From the IMG/VR virus record IMGVR_UViG_3300028920_000003: a stretch of DNA of 64,000 bases; one strand, 5' to 3'. Source of the DNA: a virus. Both the position numbers and the translations under genes were made by a program. This document shows, piece by piece, positions 8,686-17,607 of this stretch. Each line of letters opens with the position of its first letter. The first letter of the stretch is position 1. The notes beneath the pieces are model-generated. The model had not been told where the DNA came from. It worked only from the letters and a program-made list of their open reading frames with translations, and did not search any database.

Positions 8686-11678
8686 TATCTACTACCGTAT
8701 AATATTCTTCGTATTCTATCTCCCATTGTAAGATCAAGTTCATGATCAGCAGAAGGTTCATCCCAAACTGCATCTGCATTTTGTGCTGCGGTTGGTACAT
8801 CACTTACATCAGCAGGATTTGCTGGTATTAAGTCGGTCTGTGCTTTAATAGCATCAATTTCAGCATCTCTTGTACCTGCTGTCAACGTTCTAGTTGCATA
8901 AGCCCACACGTCTGCTGGTGTAGTTCCTGTACCAGAAGCTGCATCGTCCAATGCTTTACCAGTTGATCCTACTACTGTATGACCTGCTAACAATTCATCC
9001 CATACCTGATCAGCAATCTGTATAACAGTAGGTATATCAGAGACATCGGCAGGATCACTAGGTAAGTTATCCGTTTTAGCTTTAATTGCATCAATCTCAG
9101 CGTCTTTGGTTCCTGCGGTAAGCTCTCTGGTACTGTAACTCCAAATATCGGCTGGTGAAGTCCCTGAAGATGATGCATCATCAAGTGCTTCTCCGGTAGA
9201 ACCTGCATTCAAGTGATCAGCAATATCCTCGTCCCATACCTGATCTGCGATTTCATCCTCCGTAGGTATGTCTGAAACACCTGCTGGATCAGCAGGAAGA
9301 TTGTCAGTTTTAGCTTTAATTGCTGCAAGTTCGGTACTGTTGTTATCCATTTCCTGCCTGATCTCTGCTGCTGTAGGATCAAGTGAAGCAGTTAAAGTTC
9401 TTGTGGCATAAGTCCATACACTTGACGGATCAATACTTGGAGTATTGTTATAGACCTCTGTAAGGTCTCTATCTTCTGCACCTTTAATGTCAACTACTGC
9501 TGCATCTACGATTGTAGTTACAATATCTTCAATTTCCTTCTCGCTAAGTGGTAGCGGAGTCTGTACACCAATCAGATTACCATTAGTAAAGGTGATCTTT
9601 CCTGATTGAATGTAGCTTCCATTATCCATAATGTACATGAAATCCACATCAGCAGCAGTGAGCATCTCATATTTATACTTGAAATGACCAGTACTTGCTA
9701 TTTCTCCCATAGCTACACTATTGACAACTATAGAGTTATCTGATAAATCGTAGATTGTAACGCTTACTGAGTCACCTGTTTCAAACCTTTCTACCAGATT
9801 CACAATCTTAATAGCAGAAATATCGAATACTACAGTGTCTACTGAGTGATAATGGAAGGTATTATTGACAGTAAGTATCTCAGTTTCAGCTAATACAGGA
9901 CTATCAACTGTGTGACCGTGAGAACTATCATTGACAATTAAGGTTAGATTCTCTACCAGATCAATATTATCGACCAAATGAGCATGAAGACTACTGTCAG
10001 TAGCTAGTTGAACATCTTCAGAAAGAGTAATATTATCAACTAGGTGATCGTGAAATGAATCTGAGACTGTTAATGTAGCTTTCTCCTCAAGATCAACGTT
10101 ATCAACACTGTGATCGTGGACGGAATCGCTCACTGATAATGAATGAGCTTGGATCAGATCAACGTTTTCAACAGTATGTGAGTGACTTGAGTCGTCTACA
10201 CTAAGAGTAAAATGCTCAATTAGGTCGATATTATCAGCAGTGTGACCGTGATTTGAGTCGTCAACTACAACACTTTGAGCCTCTTCAAGGTCTATTTCCT
10301 CTGCTGAATGAGCGTGAACTGTACTATTTGGTGATAAGAAGTAGTCTGTAGCAAGCAGAATATTGTCCACATTATGATTGTGAACAGTATCATCTACAGA
10401 AAGAAGATGCTCCTGAAATAAAACTATGCTCTCAACTGTGTGATCATGAACTGTGTCATTGACTGTCAAAGTGTGGTCCTGCGTGAGAGTAGGACTTTCA
10501 GCAGTATGTCCGTGTAGACTGTCATCTACTACCAGTACTTGAGTTTCTGAAGGAGTAGGACTCTCAGCAGTATGAGCATGTAGAGAATCATCTACGATTA
10601 GTGTCGAATTTTCAGATAATGTAGGACTCTCTACACTATGGCTATGTAGAGAATCATCAACTGTAAGCTGAAAATTTTCAATAAGATCAATGTTATCTAC
10701 TGTATGACCATGCAAGCTATCGTCTATGGCTAACGTATGTGCTTGCTCAAGATCAATATTATCTACAGTGTGATCGTGAAAAGTATCACTGACTAAGAGT
10801 TGATCATCCTCTATTAAATCTATGTTGTCTACGGTATGATCGTGTACCGTATCATCAACAACTAAAACGTGCTTCTGAGTAAGAACTACGTTGTCTACAG
10901 TGTGACCGTGGCTTGAATCATCTATAGCAACTGTCTTATGTTCTACAAGAACAAGATTACCATCTACACTATGACTGTGAGACGAGTCATTAGCAGTAAC
11001 TGTAAAGGTTACAGTCCCTTGAATAGCAACTTGAACACCTGATGAACCATCACTAGAACTAAATCCTATAGTATGGTTCTGAGAAGCTCCTGTAGTTGGT
11101 TGATTCTTAGTCAACCATACTCCACTCCAACCTGTATTTGCAGGACCGTCTGTAAGTTCTTGACCAGCAGGTATAGTAGTGGGCCACCCTGTTCCAGCAG
11201 ACGAGAAAGGAGTAGCATCAGCACCGTCAAATGATAAATGCGATATTACTAAGGTGTTAATCGCAGTTATAGTAATTGAAGGTACTACGTTTGAAGTAGC
11301 AGGTCCTATATCATTATTAGTACCTACAAGATATATAGGATTAACTGTAGTAGCACCTGTGATTCTCAAATACCATCCACCTCCTGCATCACTTAAAGCA
11401 CCTGCACCCCACGGAACATTTTGAGTAGCACCTTCAGTTCCATCAGCAATTCTCCAATACATTGTGAATTGCACATCAGAAGTTGTACTACCAAAGGCGT
11501 AAGCTTGATTCCATCCGGTTAATGCAGGAAATGGAGAGTTTAGGGATTCTTCGTTACCAACTAATAATACCAGCAGATCACCATTTTGCACACCAGTAGG
11601 TTTGGTCAGGGTCACACTGGTTGCCCCTGTACCACCTGCTCCGTTACTTGTAAAACTGGCTACTACTGGTACTGCCAT
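8685..11678 (-). CDS. large fibre/spike-like structural protein with tandem His-x-His repeats
   Basis: 997 aa. N-terminal ~225-aa globular region, then 18 copies of a 22-aa unit (..VDDSxHxHTVDNIDL..), then three ~80-aa C-terminal repeats (W.Y.TR.LT....AIKAKTDNLP.DPA.VSDIPT...ADQVWDE). Confidence 0.6.
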   Translation of the reverse strand: MAVPVVASFTSNGAGGTGATSVTLTKPTGVQNGDLLVLLVGNEESLNSPFPALTGWNQAYAFGSTTSDVQFTMYWRIADGTEGATQNVPWGAGALSDAGGGWYLRITGATTVNPIYLVGTNNDIGPATSNVVPSITITAINTLVISHLSFDGADATPFSSAGTGWPTTIPAGQELTDGPANTGWSGVWLTKNQPTTGASQNHTIGFSSSDGSSGVQVAIQGTVTFTVTANDSSHSHSVDGNLVLVEHKTVAIDDSSHGHTVDNVVLTQKHVLVVDDTVHDHTVDNIDLIEDDQLLVSDTFHDHTVDNIDLEQAHTLAIDDSLHGHTVDNIDLIENFQLTVDDSLHSHSVESPTLSENSTLIVDDSLHAHTAESPTPSETQVLVVDDSLHGHTAESPTLTQDHTLTVNDTVHDHTVESIVLFQEHLLSVDDTVHNHNVDNILLATDYFLSPNSTVHAHSAEEIDLEEAQSVVVDDSNHGHTADNIDLIEHFTLSVDDSSHSHTVENVDLIQAHSLSVSDSVHDHSVDNVDLEEKATLTVSDSFHDHLVDNITLSEDVQLATDSSLHAHLVDNIDLVENLTLIVNDSSHGHTVDSPVLAETEILTVNNTFHYHSVDTVVFDISAIKIVNLVERFETGDSVSVTIYDLSDNSIVVNSVAMGEIASTGHFKYKYEMLTAADVDFMYIMDNGSYIQSGKITFTNGNLIGVQTPLPLSEKEIEDIVTTIVDAAVVDIKGAEDRDLTEVYNNTPSIDPSSVWTYATRTLTASLDPTAAEIRQEMDNNSTELAAIKAKTDNLPADPAGVSDIPTEDEIADQVWDEDIADHLNAGSTGEALDDASSSGTSPADIWSYSTRELTAGTKDAEIDAIKAKTDNLPSDPADVSDIPTVIQIADQVWDELLAGHTVVGSTGKALDDAASGTGTTPADVWAYATRTLTAGTRDAEIDAIKAQTDLIPANPADVSDVPTAAQNADAVWDEPSADHELDLTMGDRIRRILYGSR
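8724..9428 (-). repeat. in-frame coding repeat, three ~80-aa units at the C-terminus of the 997-aa protein
   Basis: Units start near residues 751, 842 and 921: (S/A)(S/D)(V/I)W.Y(A/S)TR.LTA......(E)I.AIKA(K/Q)TD.(L/I)PA(D/N)PA.VSD(I/V)PT....AD.VWDE. Confidence 0.75.
9816..11003 (-). repeat. in-frame coding tandem repeat, 18 x 66 nt (22 aa) His-x-His units
   Basis: By my count the first His of each HxH falls at residues 234 and 257, then every 22 residues up to 609. The nucleotide copies have diverged. Confidence 0.8.
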
Positions 11679-11684
11679 GATCTA

Positions 11685-12422
11685 CTAGATTGGTGCTTCA
11701 ATCAGATCAATAACATCCTGAAGCTTAGTTTGGATATCTGCTGTATCGGTAGAACTCATACTGAATTCGCGGATACCTGTTGAGGATTGTGCAAGAAACT
11801 TATTAAATCTCAAACCCTCAATGTCACCTGCATCTCCTACAGGAACATCAAGGATGATCTGATCTATTACAGCTTCAATAGCATCTTTCAAAGCACTCTG
11901 CTCATCACTCCATTCCATTTGAAGATAAATGGTTCCTTCCCAACCTCCTATACCGTGGTCGATTGCAGTTCCTCCTTCTGTTGTGGATAACTGTATAAAA
12001 TCCCCATTGACATTAACAACATAGTAGTCAGTCAATTTGTCATACTCATCTGGAGGACTTCCGGGACCTTTGAAACGTACTTTGTCATCCACATCAAAAT
12101 TATGACCTTCACAGTTCAGATCATCGACAGAACCTCTTACGTCTATAACTTGAATTCTTTTTCCTAACTTGTCTGCATAGAAATTCCTTAAAGCAGGGGA
12201 GTTCAAGAGCTTTACAGTATTCCAAATTCCAAAAGGAGACTCTTGAGTGAACGGAACATATAGTCCAAAAAGAAGTTCATATATTGAAACATCACCTGCT
12301 GCACAGTTAGCTTTCCAATCTACAGCCAATCTCCTACATGCAATTATAGCTTTATTTACTAGATCAAATTGCTTTTCAAGATCATCTGATATACTCGCAG
12401 TCGTTGGTATTAACATTGCCAT
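11685..12422 (-). CDS. hypothetical structural-module protein
   Basis: 245-aa ORF in the minus-strand tail gene train. No motif recognised. Confidence 0.5.
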   Translation of the reverse strand: MAMLIPTTASISDDLEKQFDLVNKAIIACRRLAVDWKANCAAGDVSIYELLFGLYVPFTQESPFGIWNTVKLLNSPALRNFYADKLGKRIQVIDVRGSVDDLNCEGHNFDVDDKVRFKGPGSPPDEYDKLTDYYVVNVNGDFIQLSTTEGGTAIDHGIGGWEGTIYLQMEWSDEQSALKDAIEAVIDQIILDVPVGDAGDIEGLRFNKFLAQSSTGIREFSMSSTDTADIQTKLQDVIDLIEAPI

Positions 12423-12529
12423 AACTTTACGTATTTAAGGTTTATATAAATCTCTCACGGTAAAGTTAATGGCAGAGTTATACCAGCCAACTTAAAGTTC
12501 ACTTACCATGATCGACTATGTTCATGGTC

Positions 12530-12892
12530 TTACGCAGCGTCAGCTACTTCAATGTCCCATGCAGGAACAGTAACAGTGTTTCCTGAAGTCAGACCTTGCG
12601 ATGTAGTTGTGGTAACGTACAGAAGGGTTGTTCCAGAAGCGAGGACTACGTGAGTCGCTGTACCTGTTGCAGTAACAGGAATATCAGCTTCCTCGTCCAC
12701 GGTTAGTTTTCTTCCACTTGTATCACCGTCAGCAGGACCAGTAAAGCTTGGTGTAGCTGCACCTGTAAGAGCTACTGCTGCAATACCTGCATAGTCCGCA
12801 GGTTGTCCACTGCATACATACAGTTCGGTTGCGTTACTTGAAATGTAAGCTAATGCTGCATCGAGCATTGCATCAATTTGCCATTTTGCCAT
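12530..12892 (-). CDS. small Ala/Thr/Gly-rich hypothetical structural protein
   Basis: 120-aa ORF with visibly G+C-richer codons than its neighbours. A 107-nt non-coding gap follows it. Confidence 0.5.
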   Translation of the reverse strand: MAKWQIDAMLDAALAYISSNATELYVCSGQPADYAGIAAVALTGAATPSFTGPADGDTSGRKLTVDEEADIPVTATGTATHVVLASGTTLLYVTTTTSQGLTSGNTVTVPAWDIEVADAA

Positions 12893-12911
12893 AATTTCTA
12901 GATTTTATTTG

Positions 12912-13454
12912 TTATTTCACTTTAAATCCTGCTATGTAGAATTTAGCTAGACTGCTACCTGTGTTATCTCTGTAATAGAGATGTACGGTTTTACTGGCAT
13001 CTTCATCCTCATATGCTAGATCAATTATTATATCTTCGTTTCCTTTACCTCTTGTCATCAACCTTAAAGCAGGAATCTGAGCGTCGTTTACTACAAACCC
13101 GTTTCCATTCTGAAGTATGTACAAGTCCCAATTGTTAGAGGTTGTCTCTACTCTTATCATCTTGATAATAGCTCTGTCAACATTCCAGTCAGAACTAGTA
13201 AGATGTATATCACCTTCCGGTGATGCTGAAGATACTATATGTACATACATAGGCTCTCCTTCTAATGCTGCTAAATCATCGAATGTCACATAATTACTCA
13301 AGTCGCATACACACTCCCACGTAGGAGGTCCTATTCCAAGAGCATCCACTAAAACCAGTGGGTCTTTTGGTAAAGTTTGGGGTATTGGTATACTATTACC
13401 AACTCCCGGATTAGGAGGAGTACCGTCAGCACTACCAAGTAATATTGCTCCCAT
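12912..13454 (-). CDS. hypothetical structural-module protein
   Basis: 180-aa ORF. Overlaps the upstream gene by 23 nt. Confidence 0.5.
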   Translation of the reverse strand: MGAILLGSADGTPPNPGVGNSIPIPQTLPKDPLVLVDALGIGPPTWECVCDLSNYVTFDDLAALEGEPMYVHIVSSASPEGDIHLTSSDWNVDRAIIKMIRVETTSNNWDLYILQNGNGFVVNDAQIPALRLMTRGKGNEDIIIDLAYEDEDASKTVHLYYRDNTGSSLAKFYIAGFKVK

Positions 13455-14193
13455 TCTTTATAATGTTGTCAAGTACAATCAACATATTTATCAATTCCTC
13501 AGTCTTAGCAATATACGCTGAGTTCTCGATTCCTGTTAAGTATGCTCCACAAAGGTCTGCTTCTGAAATTTCAGCAGTTGGACATCCATCAACACACATA
13601 TAATGTACCGGAATCTGCCTCAGTTTCTCATAGGTTGCTACTTTTACCTGACCGTATACAAGGATTGTAACGTTTAACAGAGTAACAACAGGTGCAAGAT
13701 TGAATTGATGTGTTATGATATAATCAAGCTCATACAAACCATCAACTAACAGTGTATTAGGAGTATCTCCTAATAGAGCTGAAGTAATAGTATAAACCAA
13801 ATCATCTTGAGTGGTAAATGGTCCAAATTCTGCAAATAAATCAATAGTTCCTTTATTCACCTCAACCTGATCTACTCCTGTAATCTTCACATTAAGAGTC
13901 GCTTCTGTAATTTCTGCCGGTGTACCTGTAACCTCAATCAATTCATCTCCTGCACCAATTGGAGAAGGAATACCAGCACATATAAATCTTGTTCCGGGAT
14001 TGTTATTACTAGCGTCTATAAGTGTAAAGTCATAAGTTGCTCGACTGACAATCTGATACATCACTCCGTTTACAGGAGTTCCACCAGCGACAATAGAATC
14101 GCCTGTAGCATTATAGTTTGAAGTAGTATCAGTCAGTATGATAGCCTTATTATCATTCTGCTCTTGGTATGATAAACTTAAATTAAGGTCCAT
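13432..14193 (-). CDS. hypothetical structural-module protein
   Basis: 253-aa ORF in the gene train. No motif recognised. Confidence 0.5.
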   Translation of the reverse strand: MDLNLSLSYQEQNDNKAIILTDTTSNYNATGDSIVAGGTPVNGVMYQIVSRATYDFTLIDASNNNPGTRFICAGIPSPIGAGDELIEVTGTPAEITEATLNVKITGVDQVEVNKGTIDLFAEFGPFTTQDDLVYTITSALLGDTPNTLLVDGLYELDYIITHQFNLAPVVTLLNVTILVYGQVKVATYEKLRQIPVHYMCVDGCPTAEISEADLCGAYLTGIENSAYIAKTEELINMLIVLDNIIKNGSNITW

Positions 14194-14205
14194 CTTATTT
14201 TAGTT

Positions 14206-14850
14206 TTAACGTGTTTTCTTAAATAACGTAGTAAGATTGATACCTACCTTTACAGCGTAAACGTTCATATCTCCTTGTCGTCTATACTGAAAACCGTAAA
14301 CTCGGTTATATTTAACCAAATCATAGTCTACTCCAAAGGTAAAGAATTTATTGTTGCCACCTGCTATTGCCGATACGTAATGTCCGGTAACATACTTAGG
14401 AACTTTTATTGTATTTATAATTGGCTTATATACAGGGATTTCTGTAATAGTTTCTATTGACTTTACTATCGGGCGATAGTTCCAATCAATTTTTAGATCA
14501 TCTACATGACCTTTTACCATAATATCCACCCACGCATTGATCTCATCTTTTACAACAAGTGAATCACGATAGCGAGTAGTAGTAGAATCTATGGGTTCAG
14601 GTTCAGGAGTGGTTGAAACATACTTGACTTCGGTTATATATACCGTGTCTGTTTTTGTAACCACGGGTTCCATCGGTAAATTTTCGATGGAATCAGCAAA
14701 AGCAATAAAAGCATTAAGAGAGTCTACAGCAGTTTGATTGACAATCACTTTTCCCTCAGGTAGAGGCTTATATTTATATGTTAGCCATCCTCCTAAAAAT
14801 ATCCCTATGATGAGGAAAAATACAAACCCTATAATATTACTTCGTCTCAT
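14206..14850 (-). CDS. membrane-anchored protein (single N-terminal TM helix)
   Basis: 214 aa. N-terminal hydrophobic stretch NIIGFVFFLIIGIFLGGWLTY. Adjacent to the lysis genes. Confidence 0.5.
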   Translation of the reverse strand: MRRSNIIGFVFFLIIGIFLGGWLTYKYKPLPEGKVIVNQTAVDSLNAFIAFADSIENLPMEPVVTKTDTVYITEVKYVSTTPEPEPIDSTTTRYRDSLVVKDEINAWVDIMVKGHVDDLKIDWNYRPIVKSIETITEIPVYKPIINTIKVPKYVTGHYVSAIAGGNNKFFTFGVDYDLVKYNRVYGFQYRRQGDMNVYAVKVGINLTTLFKKTR

Positions 14851-15082
14851 TTATTTCGATTGCTTTCTGCCTTGTCTTATTCCATCCGGAACCGGTAAGC
14901 AAAGCAGCAAGACCACCTATAAATACACCCATTTCTGTCCATTCTATTGGTGCGCCTCCCATTGTTTTATAAACAATGTGAGCTACAATACCCAATAATA
15001 CGATAAATATTCCAATCGAAATGATTGTAAAACTGAACCTCATTGCTGAGTTTTTAACTACATTCGGACGTATGGTTGTCAT
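14837..15082 (-). CDS. putative holin (small protein with two hydrophobic helices)
   Basis: 81 aa with FSFTIISIGIFIVLLGIVAHIV and GVFIGGLAALLTGSGW and a charged C-terminus. Its start overlaps the stop of the endolysin gene by 4 nt. Confidence 0.4.
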   Translation of the reverse strand: MTTIRPNVVKNSAMRFSFTIISIGIFIVLLGIVAHIVYKTMGGAPIEWTEMGVFIGGLAALLTGSGWNKTRQKAIEINETK

Positions 15083-15600
15083 GGCGTATATAATTCTACG
15101 TGTGGTCTATCGTATAAAGTGTTATCTGCAAGGTCTCCATCTTTGTCCCAATTTCCTCCCCAACGGAGTTTATGAGAGATGTCACCCCTATTGTAGAGGA
15201 ATTCGGCTATCATAATCAAGCTTGCTCCAATATAAGTGAGATGTACGGTATCCCACTTCAGTTCAGGTTTATCCGGTACATAAGCTGTGAAATCGAATGC
15301 CAGAGAAGGATTGTAGTTATGTTTTCCTTTGACTTTGATTCCATCAATATTGGTAATCTTATTCTTCGGTTTGGTCAAGACCCATTCTCCATCTATCAGT
15401 TCTCTTCCTTTCTTGAAGTATTCAAACTGCTTTGCAGGAATCCTGTGTCCTTCGTGAATAGAGAAATCTACTACACAAAGCTGTAAACCCCAATCTACAA
15501 TGGTCTGTAAATCAGGGTGCAAAGTGTTATATTGTTTTAAGGATGCTTGTCCTAATGTGTGTGGTAAGCTCATTGTGAAGGGTTTCGGGTTATAAGCCAA
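15079..15600 (-). CDS. endolysin, peptidase M15 family (zinc D-Ala-D-Ala / L-Ala-D-Glu peptidase fold)
   Basis: 173 aa with HEGHR..AKQ, a His..AFD segment (KHNYNPSLAFDF) and WGGNW....DRPHVEL. This pattern matches VanY/T5-type phage cell-wall peptidases. Confidence 0.75.
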   Translation of the reverse strand: MAYNPKPFTMSLPHTLGQASLKQYNTLHPDLQTIVDWGLQLCVVDFSIHEGHRIPAKQFEYFKKGRELIDGEWVLTKPKNKITNIDGIKVKGKHNYNPSLAFDFTAYVPDKPELKWDTVHLTYIGASLIMIAEFLYNRGDISHKLRWGGNWDKDGDLADNTLYDRPHVELYTP

Positions 15601-15821
15601 ATTATCAATCCTATAGCTACGGGAATAGCGGAAGCTAACGCTCCACTTAACGCTGCTCTCATTGTCATTTTAGTTTTTAAAATATTGATGTCAACAAGAA
15701 GCTTGTTAATTTTTTCGTCTCTCCCGTCGCCTTTTTCCTTGAGTTCTTTTAAAGTCTCAAGTATATATTTTGCCCATTCGTTCCAACCATTCTTCGGAGG
15801 TTGATCTATGATAGGTGTCAT
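15570..15821 (-). CDS. small protein with C-terminal membrane anchor (lysis accessory candidate)
   Basis: 83 aa. Coiled-coil N-terminus and C-terminal hydrophobic helix AALSGALASAIPVAIGLIIWLI. Overlaps the endolysin start by 31 nt. Confidence 0.35.
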   Translation of the reverse strand: MTPIIDQPPKNGWNEWAKYILETLKELKEKGDGRDEKINKLLVDINILKTKMTMRAALSGALASAIPVAIGLIIWLITRNPSQ

Positions 15822-16267
15822 TATTCGGGGTAGTCTTTAGAGTGTGGAATAGTCATAGCTATGAACCACGTATCCTCTAAAGCTCTCAAATAATGTACCA
15901 CTCCGGGATCATATACCATTAGGTCTCCTTCTTTCAAAATCTTTCCATTTCGATCATCTGAGGAGCGTACCATAACTGATCCTGAATAAACAATGGCTAT
16001 TTCTTTTTCGTCATGCTTGTGTTCAGGAAGTACACCTCCTGCGGATACGAAAGTTCTTGCAACAGATATAAAAGGAGATGAAAACAATGAATAAGAAAAA
16101 CAGGTTCCATCCTTAATAGGATATTCTACCATTCCTTCACAATCTTCAATCTTTCTTTTATAATCTTCAATTTTTGGAATAGAAGGAAGTAGATTGGTCA
16201 GTTCTTCTAACTGTTTAAATTTACTGTCCGCATCCAACATTTGTTGCCATTTTAAAGTATGAAACAA
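15821..16267 (-). CDS. cupin-domain protein
   Basis: 148 aa. GGVLPEHKHDEKEIAIVYSG matches cupin motif 1, G-x5-H-x-H-x3-E-x6-G, exactly. GDLMVYDPGVVH approximates motif 2. Confidence 0.7.
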   Translation of the reverse strand: MFHTLKWQQMLDADSKFKQLEELTNLLPSIPKIEDYKRKIEDCEGMVEYPIKDGTCFSYSLFSSPFISVARTFVSAGGVLPEHKHDEKEIAIVYSGSVMVRSSDDRNGKILKEGDLMVYDPGVVHYLRALEDTWFIAMTIPHSKDYPE

Positions 16268-16276
16268 TAGGATTTG

Positions 16277-16308
16277 AAAAAAAAGGGAACACGGGCTTCC
16301 ATGCTCCC
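16277..16308 (-). terminator. rho-independent terminator after the 419-aa structural gene
   Basis: Minus-strand RNA folds as GGGAGCAUGG-AAGC-CCGUGUUCCC (10 bp, two G:U pairs) followed by U8. The plus strand also has a T-run, so it may act in both directions. Confidence 0.7.
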
Positions 16309-16335
16309 TTTTTGTTTTGTCAAAGGGTAGGTCTC

Positions 16336-17595
16336 TTATGTTAGGTTTGCAGCCTGAGATACATAAGCGAATCCTCCTGCGGTGAATAGAAGCTCCTGAA
16401 CAGCAACTACGTCAGCAGCTACAGCGTTACCAGCAGTTTTCCATGCAATTTGCAGGGTCTTGGGAGACTTGGTAGGAGTTCCCTGAGCTGCTTCGAGAAC
16501 ATGCTCGTACTCAAGTACCTGAACATCGTAATCGGCAGTATTGGTTTGAACTGCATCCTCTCTCGGAGCATCGGCTCCCCTTGAGAAACCACGGTAGACA
16601 TAGTTGTCAGCCTGAAGTTCTTTCTCAAGTGTGGAAATTTGCTGTCCTGTTCCAACTCCTTCATAAGCACCAGTGCTGGTCACAGTGGCTACAGCAGCGT
16701 CACCGAAGTCGATGGTGGTTTTCCAATGAGCAACACGGGAGGCAAATTTACCAAGACTGAAAAGCCTGTCAACACCTTGGAGTTGGAGACCCCAATCTGC
16801 TTCAGTAACAGTTTCAGCAGCAGCTAGTGCAGCTACGGTAGCTCCTTGCCACGGAACGTCAAGTTCGTAAACCCTTGCAGCACCAGCACCACCGTCATGT
16901 CCTACTACGACATAACATGGAGCAGTACCTGCGCCTGTTCCACCAAGACGAACCACATCTCCGGCAGAGATATTCGCAGTATCGTCAATAGCTGAGACGA
17001 AATACTTGGAACCCTGAGTCAGAGTAAGATTACCGAGAGCTGTATCAGCAGCACCGCTATTGATACGCTCGAAAGCGATATCTTTCTCAGCTTCACGAGA
17101 GAAGTTCTTGATCAGACTTTCCTGAAGTCCTTTGGCTACAGCCCTTTGGGTATAGGAAGCAGCAGTTGCATTCGACTTATAGAAACCTTCCTTGATCTTT
17201 TGTTGCATAAATCCTGCAATCAAGGACTCCTGATAATACAACCTGACGGTGTAAATGTTACTGGCGATCTCATCGAGTGCGCCACTTACACCATTGTATC
17301 CTACATAATCGACTTGCTGAGTCTCAGCAGCAGCAGGAGTGATTGCATATTGCTTCAAGGTTCCGATGTTAATCACATCCGACCAGACAAGTTCGTTACC
17401 ACTGCGTTGTGCAAACTTGATCAGTCCGTTCGTAGCAGCACTCGAACCGTCAAGGTAACGGTTGAATTGATCAGTGATCACAATTTCACCATCAGCCAAC
17501 TGAGCAGGACTTGTAATGGGGTCCAAGTCAGTTAAAGCAGTTAAGGCGACATCAGCACCGATCAACAGTTGAGTTACGTTTCTAATTGTGTCCAT
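16336..17595 (-). CDS. abundant virion structural protein candidate (function unresolved)
   Basis: 419 aa, Ala/Gly/Thr-rich with G+C-richer codons. A strong terminator follows immediately, as is common after highly expressed structural genes. Confidence 0.5.
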   Translation of the reverse strand: MDTIRNVTQLLIGADVALTALTDLDPITSPAQLADGEIVITDQFNRYLDGSSAATNGLIKFAQRSGNELVWSDVINIGTLKQYAITPAAAETQQVDYVGYNGVSGALDEIASNIYTVRLYYQESLIAGFMQQKIKEGFYKSNATAASYTQRAVAKGLQESLIKNFSREAEKDIAFERINSGAADTALGNLTLTQGSKYFVSAIDDTANISAGDVVRLGGTGAGTAPCYVVVGHDGGAGAARVYELDVPWQGATVAALAAAETVTEADWGLQLQGVDRLFSLGKFASRVAHWKTTIDFGDAAVATVTSTGAYEGVGTGQQISTLEKELQADNYVYRGFSRGADAPREDAVQTNTADYDVQVLEYEHVLEAAQGTPTKSPKTLQIAWKTAGNAVAADVVAVQELLFTAGGFAYVSQAANLT

Positions 17596-17607
17596 TTTTT
17601 TATGGGA

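Noticed and set aside
9816-11003. Regular 66-nt periodicity considered as a CRISPR array, or as a DGR template/variable repeat
   Set aside because: The repeats are in frame within one long ORF, contiguous without spacers, and diverged at the nucleotide level. No Cas genes and no reverse transcriptase are in the window.
12481-12529. Hairpin ACCATGA-10 nt-TCATGGT (minus-strand sense) after the 120-aa gene, considered as a terminator
   Set aside because: No U-run follows it on the minus-strand transcript. I left it unannotated.
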